NCBI GenBank assembly: GCA_964516745.1
Contig: CAZEYD010000003.1
Span: 2,607-66,606 of the forward strand
Direction of reading: 5' to 3'
Origin: Candidatus Woesearchaeota archaeon
GTDB taxonomy: Archaea > Nanobdellota > Nanobdellia > Pacearchaeales > GW2011-AR1
Length of the DNA stretch: 64,000 nt
The notes below the pieces were generated by a model. The model ran no database searches, had not been told where the DNA came from, and was given only the letters and a program-made list of their open reading frames with translations. The position numbers and the translations under genes were made by a program. This document shows, piece by piece, positions 35,825 through 48,200 of this stretch. Each line of letters starts with the position of its first letter. The first letter of the stretch is position 1.

Positions 35825-36051
35825 AGATAAAAATATCTTTAGACATTTAAATAATTTTTCATAATTTTTTATTCACGAGAAATAGAGAATCTAACTATAA
35901 AAATTAGATTTATCCCTACTATCATCTAAAGCATATACAAGCCTGGCATGTGGATCTACTCAATATTCACTCTGAAATATTTATGATCACTTCGTTGATA
36001 AAAATTCGAGCAAATATCTCGCCCACGACTTGTCGTGTGTTCAATCTATGG

Positions 36052-36124
36052 AAGCCTGACATGGGGATTGAACCCACGACCTCCGCATTACCAATGCGAC
36101 GCTCTACCAACTGAGCTAATCAGG
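36052..36124 (-). tRNA. tRNA-Thr (anticodon GGU)
   Basis: The minus strand reads GCCTGAT-TA-GCTC-AGTTGGTA-GAGC-G-TCGCA-TTGGTAA-TGCGG-AGGTC-GTGGG-TTCAATC-CCCAT-GTCAGGC-T. It folds into a full cloverleaf of 73 nt with anticodon GGT. Confidence 0.9.
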
Positions 36125-36195
36125 CATGGATTAAAATTGAGAACTTGGTTTATATATTTTGATATTCTAATAATGGTGTTTTATTTATAATGGGA

Positions 36196-36642
36196 TTATA
36201 AAAGAATTTGATTTATTTTGTCTTTGATTTTTTTATGTAATTTGTTATAATCTTCTTTCGTAATTTCTTTTCTTTTCCAAACTTCTATTTTTATATTATC
36301 TTTATCATTTCTTGGTATTATATGAAAATGTGTGTGGAATATATATTGTCCTGCAGCAGCACCATTATTCAACAACAAATTGTTACCTTGGTTTTCTATT
36401 CTTAGTGCTTTAGTTATTAGTTTAATATGTTTAAATAAATCTAATAGGATCTTATTTGGAATATCTTCATAATTTACATAATGTTTTTTTGGAATTACTA
36501 AAATATGACCATCTTCTGTCGCTGGGAAATCTATAGATAAAAAAGATAAAGAATGTTCTGTTTCATGCAAAATTTTAAATGGATAGTTACCTCTATGTTT
36601 TTTTAATCGTTTATTTATAAATTCACAGAATATACAATCCAT
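36196..36642 (-). CDS. HIT-family (histidine triad) nucleotide hydrolase/transferase
   Basis: It has the histidine triad HTHFHIIPR, and CIFC near the N-terminus. Confidence 0.85.
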   Translation of the reverse strand: MDCIFCEFINKRLKKHRGNYPFKILHETEHSLSFLSIDFPATEDGHILVIPKKHYVNYEDIPNKILLDLFKHIKLITKALRIENQGNNLLLNNGAAAGQYIFHTHFHIIPRNDKDNIKIEVWKRKEITKEDYNKLHKKIKDKINQILL

Positions 36643-36666
36643 TGTAATTATCAGTATAAGAGATAT

Positions 36667-38040
36667 TTAAACCTTTTTTGTTCGTTTGTTTTTCTTATCA
36701 TGCAAGTGTTTACAAATTATTATTGTTAATATTATTAGTAATAATAATAATATTAAAGAGATTATTCCCCATATCCGTTTTTCGATATTATTATATAGTT
36801 TAGTTAAAGGTGAAATGTTCTCTGCTCTTCTTAAAACAACTTTTTCAATCATTACCGATTTTTCTCCGTTACTAATAAATTCTATATAAAAATAATAATC
36901 TCCATCTTTTAATTCTTCCATTAAATCGAAATCTCTTTCTAAAACAATGTCACCTAAAGAAGAAACGCCTTCTTTAGTTGAGAAAATAACATTTCCTTGG
37001 TTATCTAATAAAGATATAGATAACATTCCTTCCAATAGACCAATGCTTTCTAGTTCTTTGACAATTGTTATTATTGTTGTAATTTTTTCTAAATCAACTA
37101 TATCCTTACTTGGAACTTCTAATTCGACATTAAATAATGGAGTTCTTTCTTGAACATTTAGAATGATTGTCACGATATATGTTAAGTCTGTATTTTGACC
37201 TTTGATTTTTATTCTTCCAATAAGGACTTCTTCTTTAGCATTTTCCGGAATTTTGAATTTTAATGTTAATGATTTTGTTTCGTCTGAATTTAAAGTATAA
37301 TAAGAGCTATCTATATAACAATAATTCTGAAATCCTATTAATTCTAATTCAACCGTTAAATCCTTTTCTTGATTATTTTTTATTAAAATTGTTTTATTAA
37401 ACTCGTCTCCGGGATATCCCACGAAATTAAGAGGGTCGGATAAAATCAAAGAAAATGCTTCTTCTATCAAATCTTGATTTGTTGAAGTGGATGAACCTCC
37501 ACCACTATTATCTTCTGTAAGCGTGCTTTCGAGAGCTTCTCTTATAGTGTAAACTCCATTAAAATCCTCAACACTTACTTCTAGCTCATTGTTTAAGTTA
37601 CTTATAACAATACAATTTGAACAAATAACATTGTTCTTATATGGTTGTGGATTATTAAAACTAAGATTCTTAAATGTAATAATTGCAGGATTATTTAATG
37701 AAGATAATGCGCTTATATTAATAGAAATGAAATTGTGGGAGATTGTTATAGATCCCCCTAAATAAATAATATTATCGATGGAATCTTGAACTAAATTAAT
37801 ATTTTGAATGAATTTAATTTTTCCAAAATCATAAATTTCTAATCTTAAGTCCTTAATATCTTCTAATTGACTGTCATTTAGATAAAGAAAATCTGTAGTA
37901 TTTCCATCTAATTCTCCTTCTAAAACTTGAATCCCAGGATCAATAGTAATACTCGAAGAGGTATCTAATGAAACTGCACTAGAAAAACTAATGAATAAAG
38001 CTATTAATATTAATGAGAAAAAATAATGAGAAAAATTCAT
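36667..38040 (-). CDS. Secreted, C-terminally membrane-anchored surface protein (Ig/CARDB-like beta domains)
   Basis: It has the signal peptide MNFSHYFFSLILIALFISFSSAVS, many N-x-S/T sequons, and a C-terminal TM plus basic tail (ILTIIICKHLHDKKNKRTKKV). I use the ATG at 38040, just after the upstream stop, rather than the track start at 38088. Confidence 0.5.
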   Translation of the reverse strand: MNFSHYFFSLILIALFISFSSAVSLDTSSSITIDPGIQVLEGELDGNTTDFLYLNDSQLEDIKDLRLEIYDFGKIKFIQNINLVQDSIDNIIYLGGSITISHNFISINISALSSLNNPAIITFKNLSFNNPQPYKNNVICSNCIVISNLNNELEVSVEDFNGVYTIREALESTLTEDNSGGGSSTSTNQDLIEEAFSLILSDPLNFVGYPGDEFNKTILIKNNQEKDLTVELELIGFQNYCYIDSSYYTLNSDETKSLTLKFKIPENAKEEVLIGRIKIKGQNTDLTYIVTIILNVQERTPLFNVELEVPSKDIVDLEKITTIITIVKELESIGLLEGMLSISLLDNQGNVIFSTKEGVSSLGDIVLERDFDLMEELKDGDYYFYIEFISNGEKSVMIEKVVLRRAENISPLTKLYNNIEKRIWGIISLILLLLLIILTIIICKHLHDKKNKRTKKV

Positions 38041-38041
38041 T

Positions 38042-38659
38042 TTATTTTTTCTTGACTGGTTTCTTTTTTGAAGGTTTTTTCTTAGCATTTTTCTGGCTTA
38101 AGAGATAGACCGTAATTCCAGCTGAAATTAAAGCTATTAATGCATAAATTATTGTGTAATTTGTTCTTGATTCTTGACATTGTACTCTTACTGTTAATGG
38201 AGCACTTACTGTTGCTTTTGTTGCTGAACCTGAACCTGAACCATCTGAAGGAATTGTTTGAACTAATACTTCACCAACATATTCTTTTCTTTCTTCATGA
38301 CAGGTTTGTTTACATAAAAAATTACCTATAGCACAATCCATTTCATATACTCTTGGAACTTTAAAACAAAAATTGACTGGTATTGCTGAATCACTGCCTG
38401 TTTCTGCAGGAATATCTACAGTATCAGAGCCTTGTGATTTTAATATATCTTTTAATTCTTCAGATACTTCCAATTTTACTGTTGAAGTTCCAGGGAATGG
38501 ATTATATACTGAATAAATAATACAATTTTCTTCTCCCTCAAATACTAAAATAGATTGTTGAGTAAGACTAATTCCAACACCTGCTGAAACATATGTTGTA
38601 ACTAAGAATATACTGACTAAAAGCATTACACTCATTCTTATCACCTCTTGTTTTTTCAT
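38042..38659 (-). CDS. Secreted Cys-containing protein with C-terminal TM anchor and poly-Lys tail
   Basis: It has an N-terminal signal (MSVMLLVSIFLVTTYVSAG), a GSGSGS linker, and a C-terminal TM followed by KKKPSKKKPVKKK. Confidence 0.45.
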   Translation of the reverse strand: MKKQEVIRMSVMLLVSIFLVTTYVSAGVGISLTQQSILVFEGEENCIIYSVYNPFPGTSTVKLEVSEELKDILKSQGSDTVDIPAETGSDSAIPVNFCFKVPRVYEMDCAIGNFLCKQTCHEERKEYVGEVLVQTIPSDGSGSGSATKATVSAPLTVRVQCQESRTNYTIIYALIALISAGITVYLLSQKNAKKKPSKKKPVKKK

Positions 38660-38661
38660 TT

Positions 38662-39225
38662 TTATCCTGCTACTCCTGTTACACTAATTGTATTATTATA
38701 TGTTCCTACTGCTACTGCTGCTGGAATATCTAACCAAAACCTATAGTAAACTTTATCTCCAACCCCAACACTTGTTCCTGCTGCCTGAGGGCTTGTTGTA
38801 AATGAAATTGCGCTTGCTACAGCGGGTATTGCTAAATCTGTTGAAGCTGCATGATAATATGATTCGTTCCCTAATCCTATTTCTTCACCACCAGAAGTAT
38901 TCATTGGGCCATCTGCCTCTACTGTAAATGTTACTGGAGAATTTGAATCAGAAGAAACCTCCATATAATAAGCTGAACCATCAGAATCTAAGTGATTTGC
39001 TGTAGCATTAATATCTGTTGAGGCTGTACTATTTGATGTTCCAAAACCAATTCCGTCACTTAAATTTCCGGACATTGAAATTGCATAATATTGTTGAATT
39101 GTAACACTTGACACTGTTGACTCAATAGCGTGTCCAGTTATACTAGAATTTTCAATAAATAATAAAACTATAGAACATAAAAAAACTAAAGCAAAAATAC
39201 CTATTATGTAATTTTTTCTATCCAT
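38662..39225 (-). CDS. Small secreted protein paralogous to the C-terminal domain of the giant surface protein
   Basis: Its N-terminal TM is followed by ENSSITGHAI, compared with FSSITGYSI in the giant protein. Its C-terminal strand VYYRFWLDIPAAVAVGTYNNTISVTG compares with IFLKFFLDVPPAQAVGIYNNSLEIKA at the giant protein C-terminus. Confidence 0.5.
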   Translation of the reverse strand: MDRKNYIIGIFALVFLCSIVLLFIENSSITGHAIESTVSSVTIQQYYAISMSGNLSDGIGFGTSNSTASTDINATANHLDSDGSAYYMEVSSDSNSPVTFTVEADGPMNTSGGEEIGLGNESYYHAASTDLAIPAVASAISFTTSPQAAGTSVGVGDKVYYRFWLDIPAAVAVGTYNNTISVTGVAG

Positions 39226-39273
39226 ATGTTTTATTGGACTTTATTCTTTATAAGTTTTTTGTATTATATCTAA

Positions 39274-42200
39274 TTATATTTGGGACCCATAAGGAATGGC
39301 TTTTATTTCTAAAGAATTATTATAAATTCCAACAGCTTGAGCAGGAGGAACATCTAAAAAGAATTTTAGGAATATTGCAGTATCATTTTGAAGGTTTTCG
39401 CCTATTTTGTTGTCAGCATAGTTTGTTGTAAGAGAGAACTTGTTTATATCAGGTACTGTAGAATTTGTAGAATTGTAACTAAACTTTTCATAAGTTATAT
39501 TTAAGACATCTAAATCAGCAGTCATTAGGTTTTTGTCTCCCCTAATATATAAGTCAATTCCTCCGTTTTCTACAGATATATTTATGTAATAACCTGTTGC
39601 ACTTTCTCCATTGTTTGATGGAGCTGATAGATTATAAGAGGGAATTGTTGCCACATCCCAGGTTATTGAAGAGGATAAGTTTGGTGAAAGATAAATTGCA
39701 TATGAGCCAATATTATAAACTGTTAATTCTCTTTCTTCACTAGTTGCTATCTTACCGGCTTCATCATAACAAGTTACCTTCCATAAATAAAAATCGTTTT
39801 CTAAAGTTCTTGTGAAGCTTAGTGTTGTGTCTTTTGTGGGATTCTCTGTGGTGTTGTAAATTGAACTATTAATAATAAGGCTACAGTTATCAAGATTGTT
39901 ATCGTCTGTTACATTATAGTTGAAAATGATTGTATTTGTTGTCAAATTTATTGCCTCGTTTGCTGGCGAAACTAATTCTACTGTTGGATTTTCTAAATCT
40001 GATAAATTTATTGTTACAGTTATTATTTCGCTTGCTATGTTTCCCACTGTATCATTTGAACTTAGGTTAATAGAATAAATTCCTTCAGTGATTGCTGTTT
40101 TGTTTATTATGTCTGAACCAGAAATTTCAAAATTTGTTGTATCATTTATCCAAGTTGTGTCGATTCCGACTCCTAAACCATCTGAGGAAGAGAATGCGAT
40201 TGAGACTGATTCGTTGTTGTAACCAGAATAATCTGAGACTGTGATTATTGGTGCTGTTATGTCAGTACAAACATTATCAGTACAGACATAACTGGACTCA
40301 CAATCTGAATCTTCAATACATTCTATAACGTTTAGGGTTCTTAGCTCTGTAGAATTTGTATTGGATTCATTATCTATCGCAAAAGTTTGGAAGATATAAT
40401 CATTTACAGGAAGGTTTGATTTTTCAACTTGAAAATACCAAGAAGTATTGCTTAATTTATTTAGTCCAGTATGATAATCTTTTAATATTTCCGAATCATT
40501 TAATGCTTCATTATAAAATATTATTTCATCTAAAGTACCGTCAATTTTCCAACCCCAATTGTTACCAAAAATTATATTTCCTGAATTATCGATACTTCCA
40601 GTTAACGAACTTATATCTAAAGAATTAGTTTGTTTTATACCGTTAACAAATATTGTTACATCTCCGGTATTTCTATTTACAATATAAGCTAGGTGAGCCC
40701 AAGTATCTTTAATATCAATTGGTCGGCTTCCAGTATCTAACCAAACGTAATCCTCAACATAATCAGTCCCGTTATTAACACAAATTAAAATAGCGTCATC
40801 TGAATTAGCAGCACCAAATGCCCATCCGTTCCCTCCGACACCAGCACCACAATTGGTATTAGATTTTTTTAATGTTACAAAACCTCTTGGATAAGTATAA
40901 TCTCTATTATAAACCCACATAGAAATTGTAAAAGATTCTAAATTTAAACTTGTGTCATCAGAAATTTCAAGAGCATCGTCACTAAAGACTCTTGCTCCAC
41001 CAAACTTACCAGTTGTATTCCATTCGGTTTCCCAATTTATAATTGTTTGATCATAACCAGACCAGTCAGAAAGATCTGTTGAATTATCGAAACTTAAACC
41101 TAATACAATTCTTTCATCTCCTTTATCAATAATTTCTGAAGAATCACAATAGTCCTCGGTACATGTATAATTTGTACCATTCCAATTAAAAGTTGCATTC
41201 ATTAAATTTAAGTTTGTAATTGTTGTATTGAAAATTATTGTTGTGTTCATTGTTTTTGAATCATTCTCTGGTGTTGGTTCTACAAATTCGATGGTAAAAG
41301 GTGAATATACGGAAAGTTCTAAATTCTTTTCTAAATTATTTGTTACATTAAATACATCAGTCTCGGAACTATAGCCATCTTTTGTTGCTGTGATATTGTA
41401 ATCTTTGTAATAAACGTCTGTTTCATTTTGGATTGAACCTAATACAGTCATTGAAGTTATTTTACCAAGCGAATTTGTTAGTTCTGTTTTTAGGATTGAG
41501 TCTGATTCGTCTCTAATTGTTACATTTGCATTTTCTAAGTCGTTTGAATTTGTGTCGTTGATGTAGGCTGAGAGATACCAGTGTTTGTTTAAGGTTCCTG
41601 TTGCTGAAGGGTTGTAATAAAGTGAAATATCTGAGCCATCTGCTTTTGTTACATTTGTTAGGTTCCATTCTCCGTTTGATGCAAGAGACTCAATCAAAAC
41701 TTCGAAATCGGCAGTTCCTAATGCGTTAAGCGTTGAATTATACATTGTTAGATTTGAAGACCCGCTATAAACATAAAGTCCTCTTGAGTAATCATTTGAA
41801 GTATAAATTTTATCATTTATAATTCTGTTATTATCGGAATTATAGAGTATGTAACCATTTGAAGATGCCCCAGTTATATTAATATTATTTGATGTAAAAT
41901 TATTATTCTTAGAATCATCTAAAAGAATACCCATACTACCAAGTTGGGTTGTAAGAATATTATTATTGGATATATTATTCTCATCAGATAATACATATAT
42001 TCCATGACCATATGAACCGTGAGTTGTTATGTTGTTATTGAAGATTACACAATTATGGTCATTACTATTAAGAATAATACCATAAGCATAAGAGCTTGTC
42101 GAAGTGTGAATATTATTATTTGTTGCATTATTACTTGGTGAATTTGAAAAAACTATTGCTTCACCAGAGCCACTGGTATTAATATTATTATAACTTATAT

Positions 42201-45200
42201 CGTTGTTTGTAATGTCTTCTAAATAAATTGCATCAGCACTTGTTGAGACATTATTATAAATAATACTATTATTTGTAGATGTTGAAGAAATATAATAACC
42301 ATAAGTTGAAGAAATATTGTTATATGAAAAAGTGTTATGGTCTGAATTTGATATTGAATTTCCGTCATCATTTGCGAGAATGTTATTATTTGAAAAATTA
42401 TTATAATCTGAATCTGCTATGTACATTCCATCTGCATCAGCATTGAAAGTTGAAATCGTATTATTATAAATCAAGCTTGAATCAACATTTTCTAATTTGA
42501 ATCCATGATTATCATTTCCTGAAGAACTTCCTTCATTTATTAAACAATTTTTAATTGTTAAATTATCATAACCATTACTAAAAACTCCATAACCAGTTGT
42601 TCCATCTGTTGAATAGTTTATTTTGTACCCTTGACAATCTAAGGTTACATTATCGGCCGTTATGTTAAAACACGTTTCTGTTGAAGAAACATTTTGTGTT
42701 AAAAGATATTCTTGGTTTGCTGTGTCTAGAGTTTGACAGGAGGTTAAGTTTATTGCTCCGGGTGTTAACTCTAAGTTTTTTTCTAGATTGTTTGTTACAT
42801 TGAATATTTCTGAACTGGTCTCATAATCTGTTTTTGTTGCTGTGATGTTGTAATCTTTGTAATAAATATCTGTTTCGTTTTGAGTTGAGCCTAAAACAAT
42901 CATGGAAGTTATTTTCCCGAGTGAGCTTGTTAACTCGGTTTTTAGGATTTCATCGGCGTCGTTACGAATTGTTACATTTGCATTTTCTAAGTCGTTTGAA
43001 GATGTGTCGTTTATGTAGGCTAAAAGATACCAATGTTTGTTAAGAACAGAGCCTGTCATACTCGGATTATAATCAACTGAAATATCTGAACCATCGGCTT
43101 GTGTTACATTTGTTAGGTTCCAAATGCTACTCTCTGCAGTAGCTGAGGTATAGAAGTCATAAGCACCTCCAACTGCATCTAATGTAAAGTTAAACATCGA
43201 GAATGTTGAATTATCATCTATAGCAATAGCATAATTGTCAATATCAGAGATATTGAAGTGAGACAGAGTATTATTATATGCTTCATCAAACCACATACCC
43301 TCATTAGTAATATTGAAGATATTGAAATAAGAAAGAATGTTATTAGATGACGCATCAAGAAAATATGGGCCATAAGCACCATCAAAAATATTGAAATAAG
43401 AGAAGGTATTGTTGTCTGAAGATGATAATTCAAAGCCATCGTCACCATTAAAAGAAATATTAAAAGAAGAGAATGTATTATTGTTAGAAGAAGATAGATA
43501 AAAACCATCAACACTGGCATTATAAATCTTAAAAGAAGATAAAATATTATTATCTGAAGAAGTAAAATAAATACCATCATCACCAGTATTAGAAATGTTA
43601 AAAGATGATAAAATATTATTATCTGAAGAAGTAAAATAAATACCATCATCACCAGTATTAGAAATGTTAAAAGATGATAAAATATTATCATCTGATTGTG
43701 CAAGATAAAAACCATAATTATCTACATTAGAAATATTAGAAAAAGAAAAAGTATTATCAGAAGAAGATTCTGAATAAATACCATGATGACCTGTATCAGA
43801 AATGTTAAAAGATGAAAAGTTATTGTTTTCTGAATAATCTAATTGAACACCATCATCACCAATACTAGAAATGTTAAAAGATGAAAAAGTATTGTTTCCT
43901 GAATATTCTAAATAAATACCTTCATAATCAATATCAGAAATGTTGAAAGATGAGAAAGTATTGTTGTCTGAGGAATCTAATTGAATACCATCATCACTAA
44001 TACTAGAAATGTTAAAAGATGAAAAAGTGTTATTGTTTGAAGAATCTAAATAGATACCTTCATAATAAATATTTGAAATATTAAAATCAGAAAAGATGTT
44101 ATTGTCTGAAGAACCTTGTAATTGAATTCCACTCTCACCAGCATTAGAGATATTAAAATAAGAAAAATTATTCTCTTCTGAAAGATCCAAATAAAGGCCA
44201 TCTTCATCAACATCAGAAATATTAAAAGAAGAAAAGGTATTATTAGATGAAGAATCTCCTAAATAAAGACCATTATTACCTCCATCAGAAATATTAAAAG
44301 AAGAAAAGGTGTTATTTGATGAATTTGTTATATCAAAACAAACACCATCAATCCTAAATATATTAAAAGAAGAAAAATTATTATTAGATGATTCATCAAG
44401 CAAATAAGGTCCGAAAGCAGAATCAGAAATATTAAAGTCAAAGAAAATATTATTATTAGAAGCGGATATTTCAAAGGCATCATTATTAACCTCAGATATA
44501 TTAAAAGAAGAAAGAGTATTATTGTCTGAAGAAACAAAATAAAAACCATCATCTGTGATATCAGAAATATCGAAAAAAGAAAGATTATTATTGCCTGAAG
44601 AATATAAGTAAAAACTATAATAAGCATCAGAAATGTTAAAATGAGAAAAAGTGTTATTGTCTGAAGAATCTTCTAAAAGAATGCCAGAAGAACTTACATT
44701 AAAGATATTGAAAAAAGAAAAGGTATTATCTGAAGAATGATTATCTAACTTAATTCCATCCTCAACAATATTAGATATATTGAAAAGAGAAAAAGTGTTA
44801 TTTGAAGAAAAGATATCAATATCAAGACCTTTGTAGGCAGAAAAAGAAATATCAAAAGAAGAAAAGGTATTATCTGAAGAATTTCCTAAATAAAAACTAT
44901 TAGAAACTGTATCAAAAATATAAAAAGAAGAAAAAATGTTATTTGAAGAATCTCCTAAATAAAGACCTTTCCAACCAATATTAGAAAAATTAAAAACAGA
45001 AAATGTGTTATTTAAAGAATTTTGTAATTCAAGACCATTGCCACCAGTATCAAAAATATTGAAGAAAGAAAATGTGTTATTTGGAGAATCATCTAAATAA
45101 AGACCACCAGAAGAACCACCAATAGTTGTAATATTATTATAACTTAAATCATTCAAGAAAGAAACATCTAAATAAATCCCATCAGAAGAACTACTAGTAG

Positions 45201-48200
45201 TTGTAATATTATTATAAGTTATATTATTTAATGAAGAATCATACGTGTAAATTCCCATAGAAGAACTACTAGTAGTTGTAATATTATTATAAGCTATATA
45301 ATTCTCATCAGAATACATAATGTACATTCCAACTCCCCATGTATCAGAAGAATGAATTATATTATCTGTAATATTTGTATTAGTTACAACGCTATAATAC
45401 ATAGCAGGACCATGTCCAGTAACCAAACTGTTATTTTTAACTAAACTATTATTAGACTCAGATAAATAAATTGCAAACTCATCATATACTTCTTCTTCAT
45501 ATTCATAAATCAAACAATTCTTAATTATTAAATTATCATAACCATCACTAGAAACACCATAACCACCCGAATAATTTATTTTATATCCTTGACAATCCAA
45601 AGTTACATTGTCGGCTGTGATTGTAAAACAAGTTTCTGCCGAAGAAACATTATTTAGTAAAATGTATTCTGTATTTACAGAATCTAAAGTTTGACATGAT
45701 GTTAAACCAACTGCTCCTTCTGTTAATTCTAAATTCTTTTCTAGGTTGTTTGTTACATTAAATAAATCTGTTTCTGAGGAATACCCGTTTTTTGTTGCTG
45801 TGATGTTGTAATCTTTGTAATAAGTATTTGTTTCATTTTGTATCGAACCTAGAACAGCCATTGAGGTTATTTTACCTAATGAGTTTGTTAATTCTGTTTT
45901 TAGGATTGAATCTGATTCGTCTCGGATTGTTACATTTGCATCTTCTAAATCGTTTGAGTTTGTGTCGTTAATGTAGGCTGAGAGATACCAGTGTTTATTT
46001 AAAGTTCCTGAAGCTGAAGCATCATAATAAACTGAAATATCTGAACCATCTATTTGAGTAACATTTGTTAAGTTCCATTCTCCATCAATAACTGATGATT
46101 TAATATAAAAATCATATGCGCCTGAATCAGAAGAATTAATAGTGGTGTTAGTAATCTGTAAAGTTGAGAATCCTTCTTTGATATAAACTCCTTCAGAATC
46201 AGCCCCACTTGTATAAATTAAATTATTTATTAGAATTGTATTGTTTGCTTCATCAATATAAATTCCATGTGCCTCTGCTTTAAGAGTCGTTACATTATTT
46301 GATGAAATATTGTTGTTATTTGTACTAATAACAATTCCATAACTGTATCCACCAGTACTGTCAGTTGTTATATTATTTTGATAAATAAAATTATTTATTG
46401 AACCATCATTAGCATCATCTCCTAATTCGATTCCGTAGGCCCAATCCAAACCTTGAGTTACAATCTGATTATGTGTAAGATTATTATTTATTGATGCAGT
46501 TCCTAAGGAAATACCATGACCACCTCCACCATTAGTTTCAATGGTATTATAACTAATATCATTACTTTCAGAACCTTCTAATTCAAAAGCTTCTGCCCAA
46601 GATCCATCAGTAGTAATATTATTATATGTAAAAGAATTATTATCTCCAGAGTCAATATAAATCCCGTCTCCATAATTTTCTAATGTAGTTATATTATTTG
46701 AGGTTATATTATTATTATCTGTAGCAATGTAAACACCATAAGAATTACCGCCTGTACAATTTGTTGTAATATTATTTTGATAAATTAAATTGTTCGAAGA
46801 ACTATCATCTGTTAAAATACCCTGAGTCCAATCCAGACCTTGAGTTACTATTTGATTGAAGGTTATATTATTATTAATAGAAACTCCTCCTAAAGATACA
46901 CCATGACTGGACCCACCATTAATTTCAATGGTATTATAACTAATATCACTTAATAAAGAATCAGATAAGTAAAAACCTGAAGCATCACTACCAGAAGTTG
47001 TAATATTATTATAGGTTGCAGAATTGTTTTCAGAAGTTATAAAGTAGAATCCTAAAGCATCACTACCAGAAGTATTAATAAAATTATAACTCAAGTCGTT
47101 TAACGAAGAATCAGATAAGTAAAATCCCGAAGCGTCACTACCAGTAGTTGTGATATTATTATAAGTTACAGAATTGTTTTCAGAAGTTATAAAATAAATT
47201 CCAAGTCCCCAAGCATTGGAAGAATTAATCATATTTTGTGTAATGTTAGAATTATTTATTGAGCTATATTTTATTCCCTGACCTTTTCCAGTTATTAATA
47301 TATTATTAAATATTGAATGATCTTTTGAATTAAGTAAATAAATTGCATTTTTATCTACTGTATCTTCCTCACCCTCATAAATTAAACAATTTTGTATTAT
47401 TAAACCATTATATCCGTTACTAAGAACTCCATAACTTGTTGTTCCACCTGTTGAATAATTTATTTTATATCCTTGACAGTCTAGAGTTACATTGTCTGCT
47501 GTGATTGTAAAACAAGTTGTTGTTGAGGAGACATTATTAATTAAAGTATACTCTTTATTTGCAGTATTTAATGTTTGACAGGAGGTTATTTGTCCGGGTA
47601 GAAGATTAATTTGAACATAGAATATTTCACTTGTTATTTCTCCTACACTGTCATTTGCACTAATGTTTAACCAATAGGTTCCTACAGATAATACTGTTTT
47701 GTTGATTATTGTTGATCCACTTATTTCGAAGTTAGTTGTGTCATTTATCCAAACTGTATCAATACCTGTTCCTTCATCTGCGACTGTAAAACCTACTGAT
47801 ACCGATTCATTGGTATACCCTGAATAATCTGAGATTGTAATTGTTGGAGGAGTCGAACCAACACATTCATTATCTGAACAAGTATCAATGCCAGTACAGT
47901 CCGCAGTTTCTGTACATTCTACTACATTTAATGTTCTTGTTCCTGTTGAATCTTGATTGTCAAAATCATCAACCGCAAATAATTCGTATTGATAATCATA
48001 AATTGACAATCCTGTAAATGGGAATGCCAAGTTGTAAGTTATTGAATTAACTTGATTTAATCCTTTTTCATAAAGTTCAGTAATTTCTGATTGAGAAAGT
48101 GAACGATTGTAAATTAATAATTCATCTAAGTAACCATCAAAATTGTCAGCATACCCATCTCCAATTATTAAATCATTTGTAGAAGCAACAGGAATTTGAT

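Noticed and set aside
43185-45095. Regular 66-72-bp tandem repeats that could superficially look like a CRISPR array or satellite.
   Set aside because: There is no repeat-spacer alternation, and all units are in frame within the giant ORF. They encode a conserved beta-helix coil motif, and no cas genes are present in the window.
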